DNA of 64,000 nucleotides from Camelus ferus. Lineage: Eukaryota. The stretch covers positions 62,622,001 to 62,686,000 of the forward strand of contig NC_045697.1 of NCBI RefSeq assembly GCF_009834535.1, read 5' to 3'. The position numbers and the translations under genes were made by a program. This document shows, piece by piece, positions 1-13,420 of the stretch. Within the stretch, counting starts at the first letter, position 1; every line of letters begins with the position of its first letter. A model generated the notes under the pieces. The model did no database searches and was not told the origin of the DNA. It was given only the letters and a program-made list of their open reading frames with translations.

Positions 1-3000
1 TATTATAATCAACATGGCCAAAGTTCAAGATAAAGAAATGATTCTGAAGGCAGCAAGAGAAAAACAGAGTTAGTTACAAGGGAACCCCAATAAGGCTTTC
101 AGCTGATTTCTCTACACATACACTTCAGGCCAGAAAGGAGTGGCAAGATATAGTCAAAGTTCTGAATGATAAAAAGCTGCAACCTAGGATACATTATCTG
201 GCAAGGCTATCCTTTAGAATAGAAGGAGAGTTAAAGAATTTCACAGACAAGCAAAAACTTAAAGAATTTAGCAATACTAAACCTATGCCAAAAGAAATAT
301 TGAAATGTCTACTCTAAATAGAAAAGAAGCAGGATGCTATAGAAAGGAGAAAACCATAATTGGAAAGGTGATAACTACAATAAGTTGCAACAGAATAAAC
401 ATGAAGATGTAAAAAAGGACATCAAAATCATTAAAGGTGGGATAGGGGAGCAAGAAAATATAGATTTTCTTCTTTTTTTCTTTTCGTTCTTTTTAGGATG
501 AGTTTGAGCTTATGTGACTATCAGTTTAAAGCAAAAAGATATAGTAATGAGTTAAAATACTTGAAAAACAAAGTAACCACAAGTCAAAAGCAAACAATAG
601 AGTCATAAACCCCAAAAAGAAACCAAAATAATACAAAAGAAAATTATCAAACCACAAAAAGAAAAAGAAAGGAACAAAGAAGAAATATCAAACCAACTGG
701 AAAACTAAGTTCAAAATGGCAATAAACACACATCTATCAATAATTACTCTAAATACCAATGGACTAAATGACCCAATAAAGACAGAGAGTGGCAGACTGG
801 ATAATAAAACAAGAACCTACAATATGCTGCCTTCAAGAGAGACCCACTTTATGGTGAAGGACACATAGATTGAAAGTGAGAGGAGGGAAAAATATTTCAT
901 GCAAATAGAAAAGACATGAAAGCAGGGGTAACAATACTCATATCAGACACAATAGATTTTAAAACAAAGGCCATAAAGAGAAAGAAGGACACTATATAAT
1001 GATTAAAGGAGCAATACAAGATGAGGATATTACTCTCATTAACATATATGCACCCAATATAGGAGTGCCTAAATATATAAAGCAAATACTAACAGACATA
1101 CAGGGAGAAACTGATAGGAACACAATCATAGTAGGAGACTTTAACATCCCATTAACATCACTGGACAGATCTTCCAGACAGAATATCAATAAAGCAAAGG
1201 AGAAAATAATGCACAATAGAACAGCTGGACTTGGTTGATATTTTTTAGGAAATTACACCCCCAAAAATCAGAATATACATTCTTTTCAAGTGTGCATGGG
1301 ACATTCTCTAGGATAGATCATGTACATGGGCACAAAAGAAGCCTCAACAAATTTAAGAGATTTCAAGCATCTTTGTGACCACAATGCCATGAAACAAGAC
1401 ATCAACCACAGAAAAAGAAAGGAGAAAAAAAAATGACAGCATGGAGATTAAACAACATGCTACTAAAAAAAAATCAATGGGTCAATGATGAAATCAAAGA
1501 AATTAAAAAAATACTTTGAGATAAAGGACAATGAAAACACAACCACACAAAATCTATGGGATGCAGCAAAAGCAGTCCTAAGAGAGAAGAAGTTCATAGA
1601 GATACAGGCCTTCCTCAAAATAGAAGAACAATCTCAAGTAAACAACCTAACCTATCACCTAAAAGAATTAGAAAAAGAAGAGCAAACAAAACCAAATGTC
1701 AACAGAAGGAGGAAATAATAACGAACAGGGAGAAAATAAATAAAATAGAGATTAAAAAAAAATAGAAAAATCAATCAAACCAAGAGCTGCTTTTTTGAAA
1801 GAGTAAACAAAATTGACAAACCTCTGGACAGGCTCACCAAGAAGAAAAGAGAGAATACAAATAAACAATAAGAAGGGAAAAGGGAGAAATTACAACCAAT
1901 ACTGCAGAAATACAAAAAAAAAAAAAAAAAAAGAATGCTATGAACAACTATATGGAAACAAATTGGACAACCTGAAGAAATGGACAAGTTTCTCGAAACA
2001 TGCAGCCTACAAAGACTGAATCAAGAAACAGACCACTTGAACAGACTGATCAATAGAAATGAAATAGAATTAGCAATAAAAAACCTCCCTGCAAACAAAA
2101 GTCCAGGACAAGATGGCTTCAATGGGGAATTCTATCAAATATACAAAGAAGAATTCATACCAGTCCTTCTCAAACTCTTCCAAAAGAATGCAGAGGGAGT
2201 AATCCCAAACTCATTCTATGAAGCCACCATTGCCCTGACACCAAAACCAGACAAAGACACTACCAAAAAAAGAGAATTATAGGTCAATATCACTGATGAA
2301 CAAAGATGCAAAAATCCTTAACAAAATACTATCAAACAGAATCCAACAGCACATAAAAAGATCATACACTATGATCAAGTTGGAGTCATCTCAGGGACAT
2401 AAAGATGGTTCAACATAGGCAAAGTTTCTCGAAATGTGATGCACCACAACAACAAAAGAAAGGACAAAAAACACATGATCATCTCAACAGATGCAGAAAA
2501 GCATTTGATAAAAACTTACCAAAGTGGATATAGAGGGAACATATCTCAACATAATAAAAGCTATTTATGACAAACTTACAGCCAGCATCATACTCAACAG
2601 TGAAAAACTGAAAGCCTTCCCACTAAAATCTGGAACAAGACAAAGATGTCCACTCTCACCACTTCTATTCAACATGGTTTCGAAAGTCATAGACAGAGCA
2701 ATCAGGCAAGAAAAAAGAAAGAAAAGGGATCCATAATGGAAGAGAAGAGGTAAAACTGTCACTATATGTAGGTGACATGATACTATATATAGAAAACCCT
2801 AAAAGCTCCAAAAACTACTAGAACTGATAAAATAATTCAGCAAGGTAGCAGGATACAAGATTAACATACAGAAATCAGTTGCATTTCTTTACACTAACAA
2901 TGAATTAGCAGGAAAAGAAAGTAAAGAAACAATCCCTTTTAAAGTTACATCCAAAACAATAAAATACTTAGGAAAAAATCTGACCAAGGAAGTGAAATAC

Positions 3001-4812
3001 TTATCCATGGAGAATTACAAAACATTGATTAAGGAAATTAAATATGACTTAAAGAAATGGAAAGATATTCTGTGCTCTTGGATTGGAAGAATCAATATCA
3101 TTAAAATGGCCATACTACCCAAGGTGATCTATAGATTTAATGCAATCCCTATCAAATTACCCAGGACATTTTTCATAGAACTAGAACAAATAATCCTAAA
3201 ATTTACATGGAACCACAAAAGACCCAGAATTATCAAAGCAATATTGAAAAAAAAGAATGAAGCTGGGAGAATAACCCTCCCAAACTTCAGACAATACTAC
3301 ATAGCTACATAATGAAAACAGCATGGTATTGGCATAAAAACAGACATATGAATCAATGGAACAGAATAGAGAGCCCAGAAATAAACCCACAGACCTAAGG
3401 TCAATTAATCTTTGACAAAAGAGGCAAGAATATACAATGGAGAAAAGACAATCTCTTCAGCAAGTGGTGTGGAAAAACTGAACAGCAGCAATGTAAATCA
3501 ATGAAGTTAGAACACTCCCTCACTCCACACACAGAAATGAACTCAAAATGGCTTAAAGACTTCAATATAAGACAAGACGCAATACACCTCCTAGAAGAAA
3601 ACATAGGCTAAACATTCTCTGATGTAAATCTTAGCCTTTTTCTTAGGGGAGTCTACCCAGGCAATAGAAGTGAGAGCAAAAATAAACAAATGGGACCTAA
3701 TTAAACTTATAAGCTTTTGCACAGCAAAGGAAACAATAAGCAAAACAAAACTGCAATCTATAGAATGGGAGAAAATATTTGCAAATGATGCAACTGACAA
3801 AGGCTTAATTTCCAGAATATATAAACAGCTCATTTAACTTAATAACAACAAAACAAATAACCCAGTCCAAAAATGGGTAGAAGACCTAAACAAGCAATTC
3901 TCCAATGAAGATATACAAATGGCCAGTAGGAACATGAAAAATTGCTCAATATTGCTAATCATCAGAGAAATGCAAATTAAAACTACAATGAGGTATCACC
4001 TCACACCAGTCAGAATGGCCATCATTAAAAAGTCCATGAATAATAAATGCTGGAGAGGGTGTGGAGAAAAGGGAACCCTCCTACATTGTTGGTGGGAATG
4101 TAGTTTGGTGCAGCCATTATGGAAAACAGTATGGAGACTCCTCAAAAAACTAAAAATAGAGTTATCATATGATCCAGCAATCCCACTTCTGGGTATATAT
4201 CTGGAGGGAACTCTAATTCAAAAAAATACACTCACCCCAATGTTCATAGCAGCATTATTTACAATAAACCAAGACATGGAAACAACCTAAATGTCCATCA
4301 ACAGATGACTACATAAAGAAGCTGTGGTATGTTTATACAATGGAATACTACTCAGCCCTAAAAAGAATAAAATAATGCCATTTGCAGTAACATGGATGAC
4401 CTAAAGAACATCATTCTAAGTGAAGTAAGCCAGAAGGAGAAAGCAAAATACCATATGGTATCATTCATATGTGGAATCTAAAGGAAAAAGGACACTATGA
4501 ACTTATCTACAAAACAGAAATAGATTCGCAGACTTAGTAAACAATCTCATGGTTACCAGGGAAAGGGGGTGGGAAAGGATAAATTTGGGAGTTTGAGATT
4601 TACAAATGCTAGCCATTATATATAACATAGATTTCAAAAAGTTTCTTCTGTATAGCACAGGGAACTATGTTCAATATCTTGTAATAACCTCTAATGAAAA
4701 AGAATATGAAAATGAATATATGTTTGTATATGCATGACTGGGACTTTGTGCTGTACACCAGAAATTGATACATTGTAACTGATGGTACTTCAATAAAACA
4801 AACAAACTAAAC
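1..4812 (+). mobile_element. LINE-1, inactive: 3' part of ORF1, ~400 bp inter-ORF spacer, frameshifted ORF2, 3' UTR and A-rich tail; 5' end lies outside the window
   Basis: ORF1 C-terminus ends TAA at 315-317. ORF2 ATG is at 716. Endonuclease fragments (YAPNIG, IIVGDFNIPL), RT fragments ([22 protein letters not shown]) and C-terminal HCWWEC are present. AATAAA at 4792-4797. Confidence 0.97.
716..4481 (+). pseudogene. L1 ORF2 (APE endonuclease/reverse transcriptase) remnant with many frameshifts and stops
   Basis: Fragmentary ORFs at 999, 1485, 1980, 2524, 2992 and 3919 translate to successive ORF2 segments. The catalytic Y/FADD motif reads YVGD (TAT GTA GGT GAC, ~2765-2776). Confidence 0.93.
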
Positions 4813-5292
4813 TACCCTTTTCGTGAAGCCCTGCAAACTAAATGTGAACAACTTGATATAAACTTCCCAGAAATCACTGTAATTGCTCATGTATGGATAG
4901 TCTTCATGGCACTTAGAAAATTTACCTGAACACCCAATGACATCAGAGACATTCACATTGCAAAAGATGCTTTGGCCCTGACAGCTAGAAATATTCTCAG
5001 TGGGCTGCCCACAGGACTCAAACTGGGCTTATAGATTGAATGGTAAAACAAACATGTGATTATCGAACATCTGCTTGTTCCTTCTTCAAGGGGAGGAAGG
5101 TAATTCACTGGATGCTCAGAATGGTATATAAACCTCAATTGCCTGGTTGTCTTTGAATCTCATATCTTGGTGGGGATCCTGTATGTACAAAATTAAATGT
5201 CTTTCTCCTGGTAATCTGTCCTATGTCAATTTAGTTATTAGACCAGCCTTAGAACCTAAAATGGAAGAAGGGAACATTCTTCCACCCCTACA
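4813..5292 (+). mobile_element. ERV1-class LTR, 3' portion (MER34/MER39-like end), abutting the L1 tail
   Basis: TATA-like tatataaa at ~5126, ATTAAA, and an ERV1-type terminus (aatctgtcctatgtcaatttagttattagaccagcc...cacccctaca). Confidence 0.7.
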
Positions 5293-6140
5293 CATGTTGG
5301 TAATTTTTTAATTACAAGTTTTTAGAAGTGTATATATTCATTTCAGTAGCTATTCTCTAACTCTAATGTTTTTCTGAATATGATTATATAATCTAAATTT
5401 GTCAACCCCATAATATTAATAGATTTTTAAACATACTAAAATATTTGGCATCTATTCCAAGAGAGAATATAATACCAAACATTTCAGATAATCACCAGTT
5501 AGAATTTTATCTCTATACATATACATTTACTGTTTTATAAAACTATCTCTAAAAAAAAGTTATCTACCAAGATCAATAAATTTCAACTCCAATTTAGAAC
5601 TGTGCCTAATTATGCATTGAATGTTACAAAAAGGAACATTGAAAATTTGTATCTTATGGATATTAAGGGCTTGTTTGCAAAACAATCATATTTGACAATA
5701 TGAAATGCAGCTTCTATTAATTTTTACCACAAAGAAAAAAAAAACAATGTAATAAATATTGAACACCTTTGAAAAAACATATTTTGTTCCAAAGTTTTCA
5801 TTATAATGATGTATTAAGCCAGAATACATTTGGGTAGTAAAATAGAAGAAAAAACCTCTCGCTTCTGATATATACCTGCATGTTTAGGAAGAGAACCTGT
5901 GATCTGTAGGTTCTATAGGGTAAAGTACATAGATATAGTAAAAGAAGACCTTTTTTCTCTAATAGGCACTATTTCTAGAATATCTCTGGTCTCCTTTTAT
6001 TGATGGGATTGCTTTAAGGACAGTGATATCGTGTAAGTTTAGTATTTTATCTCTGCATATGACCCATGAAAATAAAAATGATCATCAAAATATTACAATG
6101 GAATGGCACTCCACTGCAAATAAGGAAAGTACAGACTTAC

Positions 6141-7240
6141 TTATTAGAAGCTGAACGGAGCAGAAATTGCTGTCACTGAGGGCTTAATTTCCAAAATATA
6201 CAAACAGCTCATAAAACCCAATGACAAAGAAACAAACAATCCAATCAAAAAAAAAAAAAAAAAAAAAAAAAAGGGGGGCAGAAGACCTAAACAGACATTT
6301 CTCCAATGCAGACATACAGATGGCCAACAGGCATATAAGAAGATGCTCAATACTGCTAATTATCAGAGAAATGCAAATCACAACCACAATGAGGTATCAC
6401 CTGACGCCAGTCAGAATGGCCATCATTAAAAAGTCCACAAACCATAAATGCTAGAGAGGATGTGGAGAAAAAGAAACCCTCCTATACTGTTGGTGGGAAC
6501 GTAATTTGGTGTAGCCATTATGAAAACAGTAGGGAGATTCCTTAAAAAACTAAAAATAAGAGTTACCCTATGATCCGGCAATTCCACTCCTGGGCATATA
6601 TCTGGAGAAAACTCTAATCAAAAAGATCAGTGCACAACCAATGTTCAGTACTATTTACAATAAACCAACACGTAGAAGCAACCTAAATGTCCATTGACAT
6701 GATTGGATAAAGAAGATGTAGTGTATATATGTATAATGGAATACTACTCAGCCATTAAAAAGAATGAAATAATGCCATTTGCAGCAACATGGCTAGACTA
6801 AGATTATCATATTATGTAAAGTAAGCCATACAGAAAAAGACAAATGTCACATGATATCACTTATATGTGGAATCTTAAAAAAAATGATGCAAATGAACTT
6901 ATTTGCAAAACAGAAAGAGACTCACAGGCATATTAAAAAAACTTACGGTTACCAAAGGGGAAAGGGGGGTGGGGAGGGATAAATTATGAGTTTGGGAAAA
7001 CCAGATACAAACTACTAATTATAAAATAGATAAACAACAAGGTCCTACTGTATAGCACAGGGAACTATATTCAATTGTTTATAATAATACAAAAAAGAAT
7101 ATATATATATATATATTTATATCTATAACTGACTCACTATATTGTACACTAGAAACTAACACAACATTGCAAGTAAACTATACCTCAAAAAAAAAAAAAA
7201 AAAAAAAAAAAAGAAATGGCTGTAACTGGCCTCTTCTCCC
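6141..7240 (-). pseudogene. 50-nt exon-like segment split by the L1 at 6179-7211
   Basis: Removing the L1 and one TSD gives gtgttttag|GGGAGAAGAGGCCAGTGACAGCAATTTCTGCTCCGTTCAGCTTCTAATAA|gtaagt. One frame is open (GEEASDSNFCSVQLLI). Confidence 0.5.
6179..7211 (+). mobile_element. 5'-truncated LINE-1 (ORF2 C-terminus, 3' UTR, poly-A) with 17-bp TSD
   Basis: ORF2 C-terminal peptide ([27 protein letters not shown]). Poly-A at 7187-7212. TSD agaaattgctgtcactg (6162-6178) and agaaatggctgtaactg (7212-7228), 2 mismatches. Confidence 0.95.
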
Positions 7241-7315
7241 CTAAAACACTAACTCAAGTTCTTTTTAAACAAAATTGTCAAACAGCTAATATATAATCAA
7301 TTACCAATTGATGCT

Positions 7316-7580
7316 TGTCTTAGCTGAAGTTCTCTATAAAACAGAAAATAAGATGAGGCTTAACTGCTAAATGTTTTCCTGGGAAGTACAGTTCCAAAAA
7401 AGGGAAAGTGAGGGAGTAGGGAACTAGCCAAGGGGGGCTGGGAAGCATATCGATCTGGGGAGAGAGACACAGCTGACCATCTGGCTCCCTTCCGGACAGG
7501 GGTATGGGAGCCACTCAACTTACAGTTACAACCTGAGCAAGTTGATGGCAGCTCCCCTGACTCAGTACCTCCCACAGTCT
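7316..7580 (-). mobile_element. ERVL LTR fragment (LTR16/LTR33-like)
   Basis: tgtcttagctgaagttctc...gaggcttaactgctaaatgttttcctgggaagt resembles the reverse complement of the LTR16-type 3' end. Confidence 0.55.
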
Positions 7581-7626
7581 TTCTATTGACTGTGTAAGGG
7601 GATAATTCCCTGTCTTAAAAACTTAC

Positions 7627-7907
7627 ATATTTGGAAAACAGAGTGTCATCTGGTTCCTTGATCAAACTCTGACTCAAATGGCAACTCAAATTTCATTAAC
7701 TTTGCTTATGTTTAGATTTGTCATTAATGTTTCATATTGTTATGTAACTTTCAGTTAGCATATTGATCATTATGACTACGACTATATACATACTAGTGCA
7801 TTTGGCTTCATGTTTCAAACTACAGTATCCTTAGCTATATGAATATTGTGTATAAAAGTTATTTTTGTTCAGTTGCATGACATATTTAATTTCATTGTAT
7901 ATTTAAT
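7627..7907 (-). pseudogene. Heavily degenerate exon-like segment
   Basis: Acceptor ctttatctcctttgtatgttag and donor GTAAGT. Stops occur in all frames. Confidence 0.3.
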
Positions 7908-8100
7908 CTAACATACAAAGGAGATAAAGTTGCTTCCCCAAACCACACTCTTAAGCAAAATTTACAATCATCTGGGGTCCTTGTTAAAAATGCAGGTTTC
8001 TAAGACGCTGTGAATGCCTGATTTAGTATGCTCCTTAAAAACCACTACTAAACCTCACCAACTGTTTCTAAACTCTGATGTAACTTGGTGCAGGGCATAC

Positions 8101-8195
8101 CAATGTACTTGCTGTCAGTGTGAATACATCAGTTTTTTTATAAAGTCTTCAATTTTGACGTATGTAAAATATTGTTGGCACATCATCAGGGTTTT
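8101..8195 (-). pseudogene. Exon-like segment (NPDDVPTIFYIRQN*RLYKKTDVFTLTASTL)
   Basis: Acceptor tatttcttctcaaagcctctag, donor TTG|gtatgc, single in-frame TGA. Confidence 0.35.
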
Positions 8196-10233
8196 CTAGA
8201 GGCTTTGAGAAGAAATACATGGTGATACTTCTAACAATAGGGCTTCATCCATTACCTAGCATCTATCTCTCACAATCAAACTAACAGAAGAACTCATTCC
8301 CACTGCTTTTACACTGCAAGATATTTTGGTGCATTCTGGAACAATGTTAGTCAACCGCAAATAATTCAACAGCTCAAATAATGGGGATGGAGGAGAGATA
8401 TAGTAACCCTAAAACTAAAGAAAGAAACTAAATAAAGAACTCTAACTTAAGAGGGGAAAATAGGTTGAACTCAGCATTCATTCAGTGTTTTTGATAAGAG
8501 ACCTGGCTGAGAACTCCTGTTTAAATAAACGTAGCACAGACTATTAAAAATGTGTATATCATATACTCTCCATCTTAAAAGGGGGAGTACATGATAAATG
8601 CGTAGGTAGTATATTTCACTAAGAGAAGTATCATTTATTTTATTGAAAAACTGAATTGGGCAATATGAGAATCTTGTACAAAAGTAAGGTTAAAATATAT
8701 TCAATTTTTGTTGTCAATTCTTAGTGTTCTAATAATGTTATTTGGGTTGGGGAGCAAAGGACATCTAACTCAAAATCAGATTAATTTCAATTTTTTAAAA
8801 CAGCTAAGAATTTTATAAACAAAAGAAATTAAATTAAAAATACTTTGGACAATGTTAATCTTTAAAACCATAATAGCATATGTAGTTCAGAAATACCACT
8901 ATATTTTATCTTAACATTATGTATAGAAAATAAATATAAAAATAATGTAATGATCATATTTTTTACAAACTATAAAGAGTGTTTAGATTCATTCTAGTAA
9001 TTAAATGCAATGACATGAAAAACCATGAAAATTGGCATGTTTTGGTGTAAACAACACCAAAGTATAATAATCATGCTAAAGAGAAGTTAATGAATCCCCA
9101 TCTCTTTTTCCAAATATGTAGGGTTAAATTAAAATTCAATTTTTATTTTTGGATAAAGTACAGCTATGGTTTAGAACTAGGGCAGAATTAAAATGACCAG
9201 TGGACCTGGTCCATTCAACACTCTGTATCCTTAATAATGCAGCAAATATGGCAGGACCAGCCTTAGTGACTATCTGCCTCTAGGGGCCTTGTGGTTGAAG
9301 CCCATTGAACTAATCTGTTCTTTTCAAGGCAATAAGTGTAGACAAAGGGCAAAGAGTTGCAACATTATATGTGTAGTGAGATACATGTAAAGAGAATGAG
9401 TAAGTGGAAGGACAAGGCATTGGCAAGAATTAAAGAATGACAGGCCTAGTTGCAGTTGTAGAGAAAAGTCTATAATGACAGGATTGTGAAATTTTTTGCA
9501 CTGTTATTTCAATGTAGCTGTATGTTAGATTTTGTTGAACTAACTTTTCCAAAAAAATTTGCAAGATTTGGTAACATAGTCTCCTTTTGTGTTTTAGATG
9601 TCTTAGTCCATAACCTTTTTATCAACATTTACTACACACTTGTATAAGACGTGCTCTAGGATGTAGGAAAACATACACAAACACACACACAAAACACTAG
9701 ACCACTGATTATGTCTGGGATCATGTCCTGAGACCATCATGAATCTCCTAATTAAAAAGTGCACCTACAACATATAATTTTCATCGTAAATTGCATACAC
9801 CACCAACAAGCAAAACCTAGCAACAAGGCTGAGTGAAGATGTGGCTATTGGTTATCTACTAGGCTTTTTTACTGGCCAAGTGACCTACTCCTTCATTAGA
9901 TGTGTTACACACCTACTCGGATTTTGTCTCAGCAATTTGCAAATTACTACATCACCAACCATCTTGGATCACTTGGGAACAGTCAAACTGATGAAAACTG
10001 TAAGTCATATAGTAAAAACATACTGTACGTGGTTCATACCTACAAAGAAATCTTTTCAGGTTAAAAATGTAATTATATTTTAATGAAATAATACTTTTAG
10101 AGAACTAGTCTTACACAGATATAATACGTATTTAGAAGCTGTTCATGCTCTACTTTGGATCATCTATTAGCATATTACTCATTTTTGTGCCTGTTGCCTT
10201 TCTAACTGCTTCTTTAGGCTTGGCAATCACCTG

Positions 10234-10279
10234 AGAGAGAGAGACAGAGACACAGACAGACAGAGACAGAGAGACAGAG
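10234..10279. repeat. (GA)n/(GACA)n compound microsatellite
   Basis: gagagagagagacagagacacagacagacagagacagagagacagaga. Confidence 0.9.
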
Positions 10280-11814
10280 AAAGGGAACCAATGAAATGAA
10301 AACTAGTTTGTTTTTAAAAGGTTTGGGAGAAGAGAGAGAAAAGCTAAAACATTAAATCTATCTTTGGGTTATTTTGGATGCTATTTATCAGTATCTCTGA
10401 ATCTAGTTTTAAATACATTCAGCCATAAGTTACAAAATAATTGATCTATTTATTGGTCTAAAAATCAGGAATCAGTGTGAAATCATTTTCAGAAGAAATT
10501 TTCATTATATAGCAAAGAGTATTTTATCATAAATCTTCATTCTCGTTGGTAAGCATAACAAGTAGCTCAGTGACGGCCACGTTTATGAAAGTGGCATGTA
10601 ATTAGCTGACTCACCTAATAAGACTTCACAGCAGAGCAACAATTGCCAGCTTTTCTCGTGTCACTTGGATATAGACCTAGTTGCAAATAGTAATACACAA
10701 CAGGAAGTTTGAGAATAAACTATTTTCAGTTTTCATGTCGAAAGATTAATCCTCTTCTATTAATAAATATTATTATATACATTTAAACATATGTATATTT
10801 GCTTATTATTTAAGTTTGCATGGATAGGATTCTTGATGATCAGCCCCTTGGGTGGTGACTGAATAAGACATCAAAGGGAAAGTGGGTCAGTCCGATAAAG
10901 ATATACTCTTCTATTGAGCTCTGAAGGAGCCAGCCATTTCATCTTTGCAAATGCATTGATATTTGGAGGCAAGTCTTAAAGCTAACATCTGGAGGAATAA
11001 TCAGTGGGGAGTGTAGGTTATGACAAAGAAACAGAGTCTGCTTCCGTATCTTAGGGAATTGAGGAAATGCTGAAAGGCTTCTGAGAAACAGGAAATTTGC
11101 TATCAAGAGCATAGCAAGCCAAGGCTCAGGTGTTTGCTTTCAAAAAACAAATGGGAAACTGGTGTTAATACCTGATGGGGAGAAAATACCTCAGACAAAA
11201 CTAACTGCTCATACACAAAAGGGTGGAGGAACCCATGGGGCTCAGAAGCAGAGAGGGAAGGCAATAGCTTCAAGACCAATGCATGTGAAACCCAGAAAAT
11301 GACTCTCAAAGAACAAGATTTGTCTTCTTTCATCTAAGAGAGCAAAGACTTGGGAGAAGCTGTAAGAAAGGCAGAGCTGGAACACAGCACTGTCATGTAC
11401 CTGTGATAACCTGAGGTTCCAGCAGACTCCATGCTGCTGGGAACAGCCCACATGCAGGGCTTTCAAGATCTAGAAGGAAAACTTCAGCAGGATCTCAGCT
11501 CTCCAGTTGGAATATCTTTGTTTAGCATCTGAGACAGTGAATGCCCAGGGAACAATGCCCTGCTGACCACAGCAGTCAATTTCAACAGGTGTTGCAGTTT
11601 CTCTACACTGGAAATTCTACCACTGTTTTGTTGCACCAGTCGTGGTTGTTAGTTTCTTTTGGTTACTCAGATAAAGTTTTCTCTACCCTGTCTCAACAGA
11701 TCTGATATCTTTCTTGAGGATTACCAAGAAAGATAATGGGCTGGATATATCCTTAAAAGGTCATTCAGATACAGTATTGTTAAATGCTTAATTTTTCATC
11801 TTACTCTGACATGG

Positions 11815-11990
11815 GATAACAATCATGGCTAAGGTTTATTTAGTGTTTACTCTGTATTTGAACTGTTCCAAGAGTTCACATGCATTGTTTCATTTAAGAA
11901 ACCAACCACTGGTAGAAGTTACTGCAATTACTTATTTTTTCAATGAATGAACAGACATAGGCAGTCTAGCTCCAGAGCCCTAACTACAGT
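11815..11990 (-). mobile_element. MIR SINE fragment
   Basis: atggctaaggtttatttagtgtttactctg...catgcattgtttcatttaa...gtctagctccagagcc. Confidence 0.6.
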
Positions 11991-12428
11991 GAAGTATTAT
12001 TTATCCAATTCCTTGACAAAAAAATTCTTACTAAAACATTAAGTTGATCTGCTTACAAAAGATAAAATTCAGCTTCAAAAACTTAAAACTCTCAAAATGC
12101 AACGTGAAGTATTGTATGAGTAAATAGCTGCGCTACCTCTGCTACTACCTAAATGTTTGTTACCACTTTTATCAGAAAAAAATTAGAGGCTGAAAGAATT
12201 GTTGACATATATGTGAGTGACCTATTTACAGGGGCAAAAATCAGAGAGAGAATAATTTTAACCACATGGTTATTAAATCTGCAAAGAGTAAGTTGATTAA
12301 CTTTTTATTACAGGGTAAAATAGCTTATTATGAATTCTATGCATAGCATTTTTTCTGGCTTAGGCCTTTTCATTAGAGTGTTTCTAACAGAATAAAGATG
12401 ATAAAATTGTCAGAAATAAATTGTTCAC

Positions 12429-12510
12429 TTTGTCCCTTAAATATGTGTCAGAAAAATTACAGTTTTCAGAATGGTTTGAAACATCGCTTGAGTTTCTCTC
12501 TTCACTCTTT
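12429..12510 (-). pseudogene. Exon-like segment (KSEERNSSDVSNHSENCNFSDTYLRDK)
   Basis: Acceptor ctttattggttgttcag and open frame. Donors are weak (gtaatt at 12460 or gtgaac at 12428). Confidence 0.35.
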
Positions 12511-13239
12511 CTGAACAACCAATAAAGCTTTGCCTGGGTCACAGGCCTTCTCTTTCTTAGCTTTACACTGGAAATTGTCTTCTCTCCCAAGTCCCTGCAA
12601 CAAGTTCATTTTGATTTTCATAATAAAAAGTAATGATCCAATAAGTCTATGGCAGATGTTACACTTAGTCATGATGTTTATATATTTATTGACTCTGCAT
12701 CATTCCACAGAGGATTTGAATAAAAGATTATTTCCTCATCACAACAAATGAATAGTGTTTGCTTTGTCTAATGTCTTTTTTCTTCCTTTAATTAAACACT
12801 AAATGTTTATTTGTGTTCTTTTAATTACTTTTAAAGCATCCATTATTTCTGATTACATTATTGACCTCACAGTAAATCAATATAGAGTTCTGCATTTATT
12901 TTTTTCAACTATTCTCCCTTCTTTATTTTGGTTCATTTCTATCTGTCTTTGGTTTTTATTCTATGGAAGCTCCTGAACTATATATCAGAGAGAGGAAAAA
13001 CAAAGAACACATAGAATATTCTGTATTTAATGCCGCAACTGAATCAGCTGTCTCAAAGATTAGGTGGGATGGATACATGACTCTATGTGTGTGCTGGAAA
13101 CCTATATATTGAGGATGATTCCTAATTCCGTCACTGCTGAGAAGCAAAACGGCTGCACAATCACTCTAAATATCTTGTGTGTAGTCCCCTTCCTCCAACA
13201 ACTCTGCGTACTGCCTGTTGTTTGGAAGTCCAGGAGAAA

Positions 13240-13420
13240 ATATGCTTTTAAGAGCATGGCATCTGGTGGCAGATTGACCTGGTGGCAGATGGTCCAGGTG
13301 AGATTTTGAGCAATTTAGATGTCTCAGCTGGAAGACGGTAATAATAAAACCTTTCTCAGAGTGTTGTACTAAATGAGATAATTTACATAAATTAGCCTAG
13401 AATGACCAGCACACAGTCAT
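13240..13420 (+). mobile_element. MIR SINE fragment
   Basis: ttaagagcatggcatctgg...ggtaataataaaacctttctcagagtgttg...aaatgagataatttacataaa. Confidence 0.65.

Noticed and set aside
897..4290. ORFs in the first 4.3 kb as host genes
   Set aside because: They are fragments or antisense shadows of a frameshifted L1 ORF2.
11103..11333. KEDKSCS peptide reminiscent of C1orf141
   Set aside because: A seven-residue coincidence. The flanks do not match and the region looks LTR-like.
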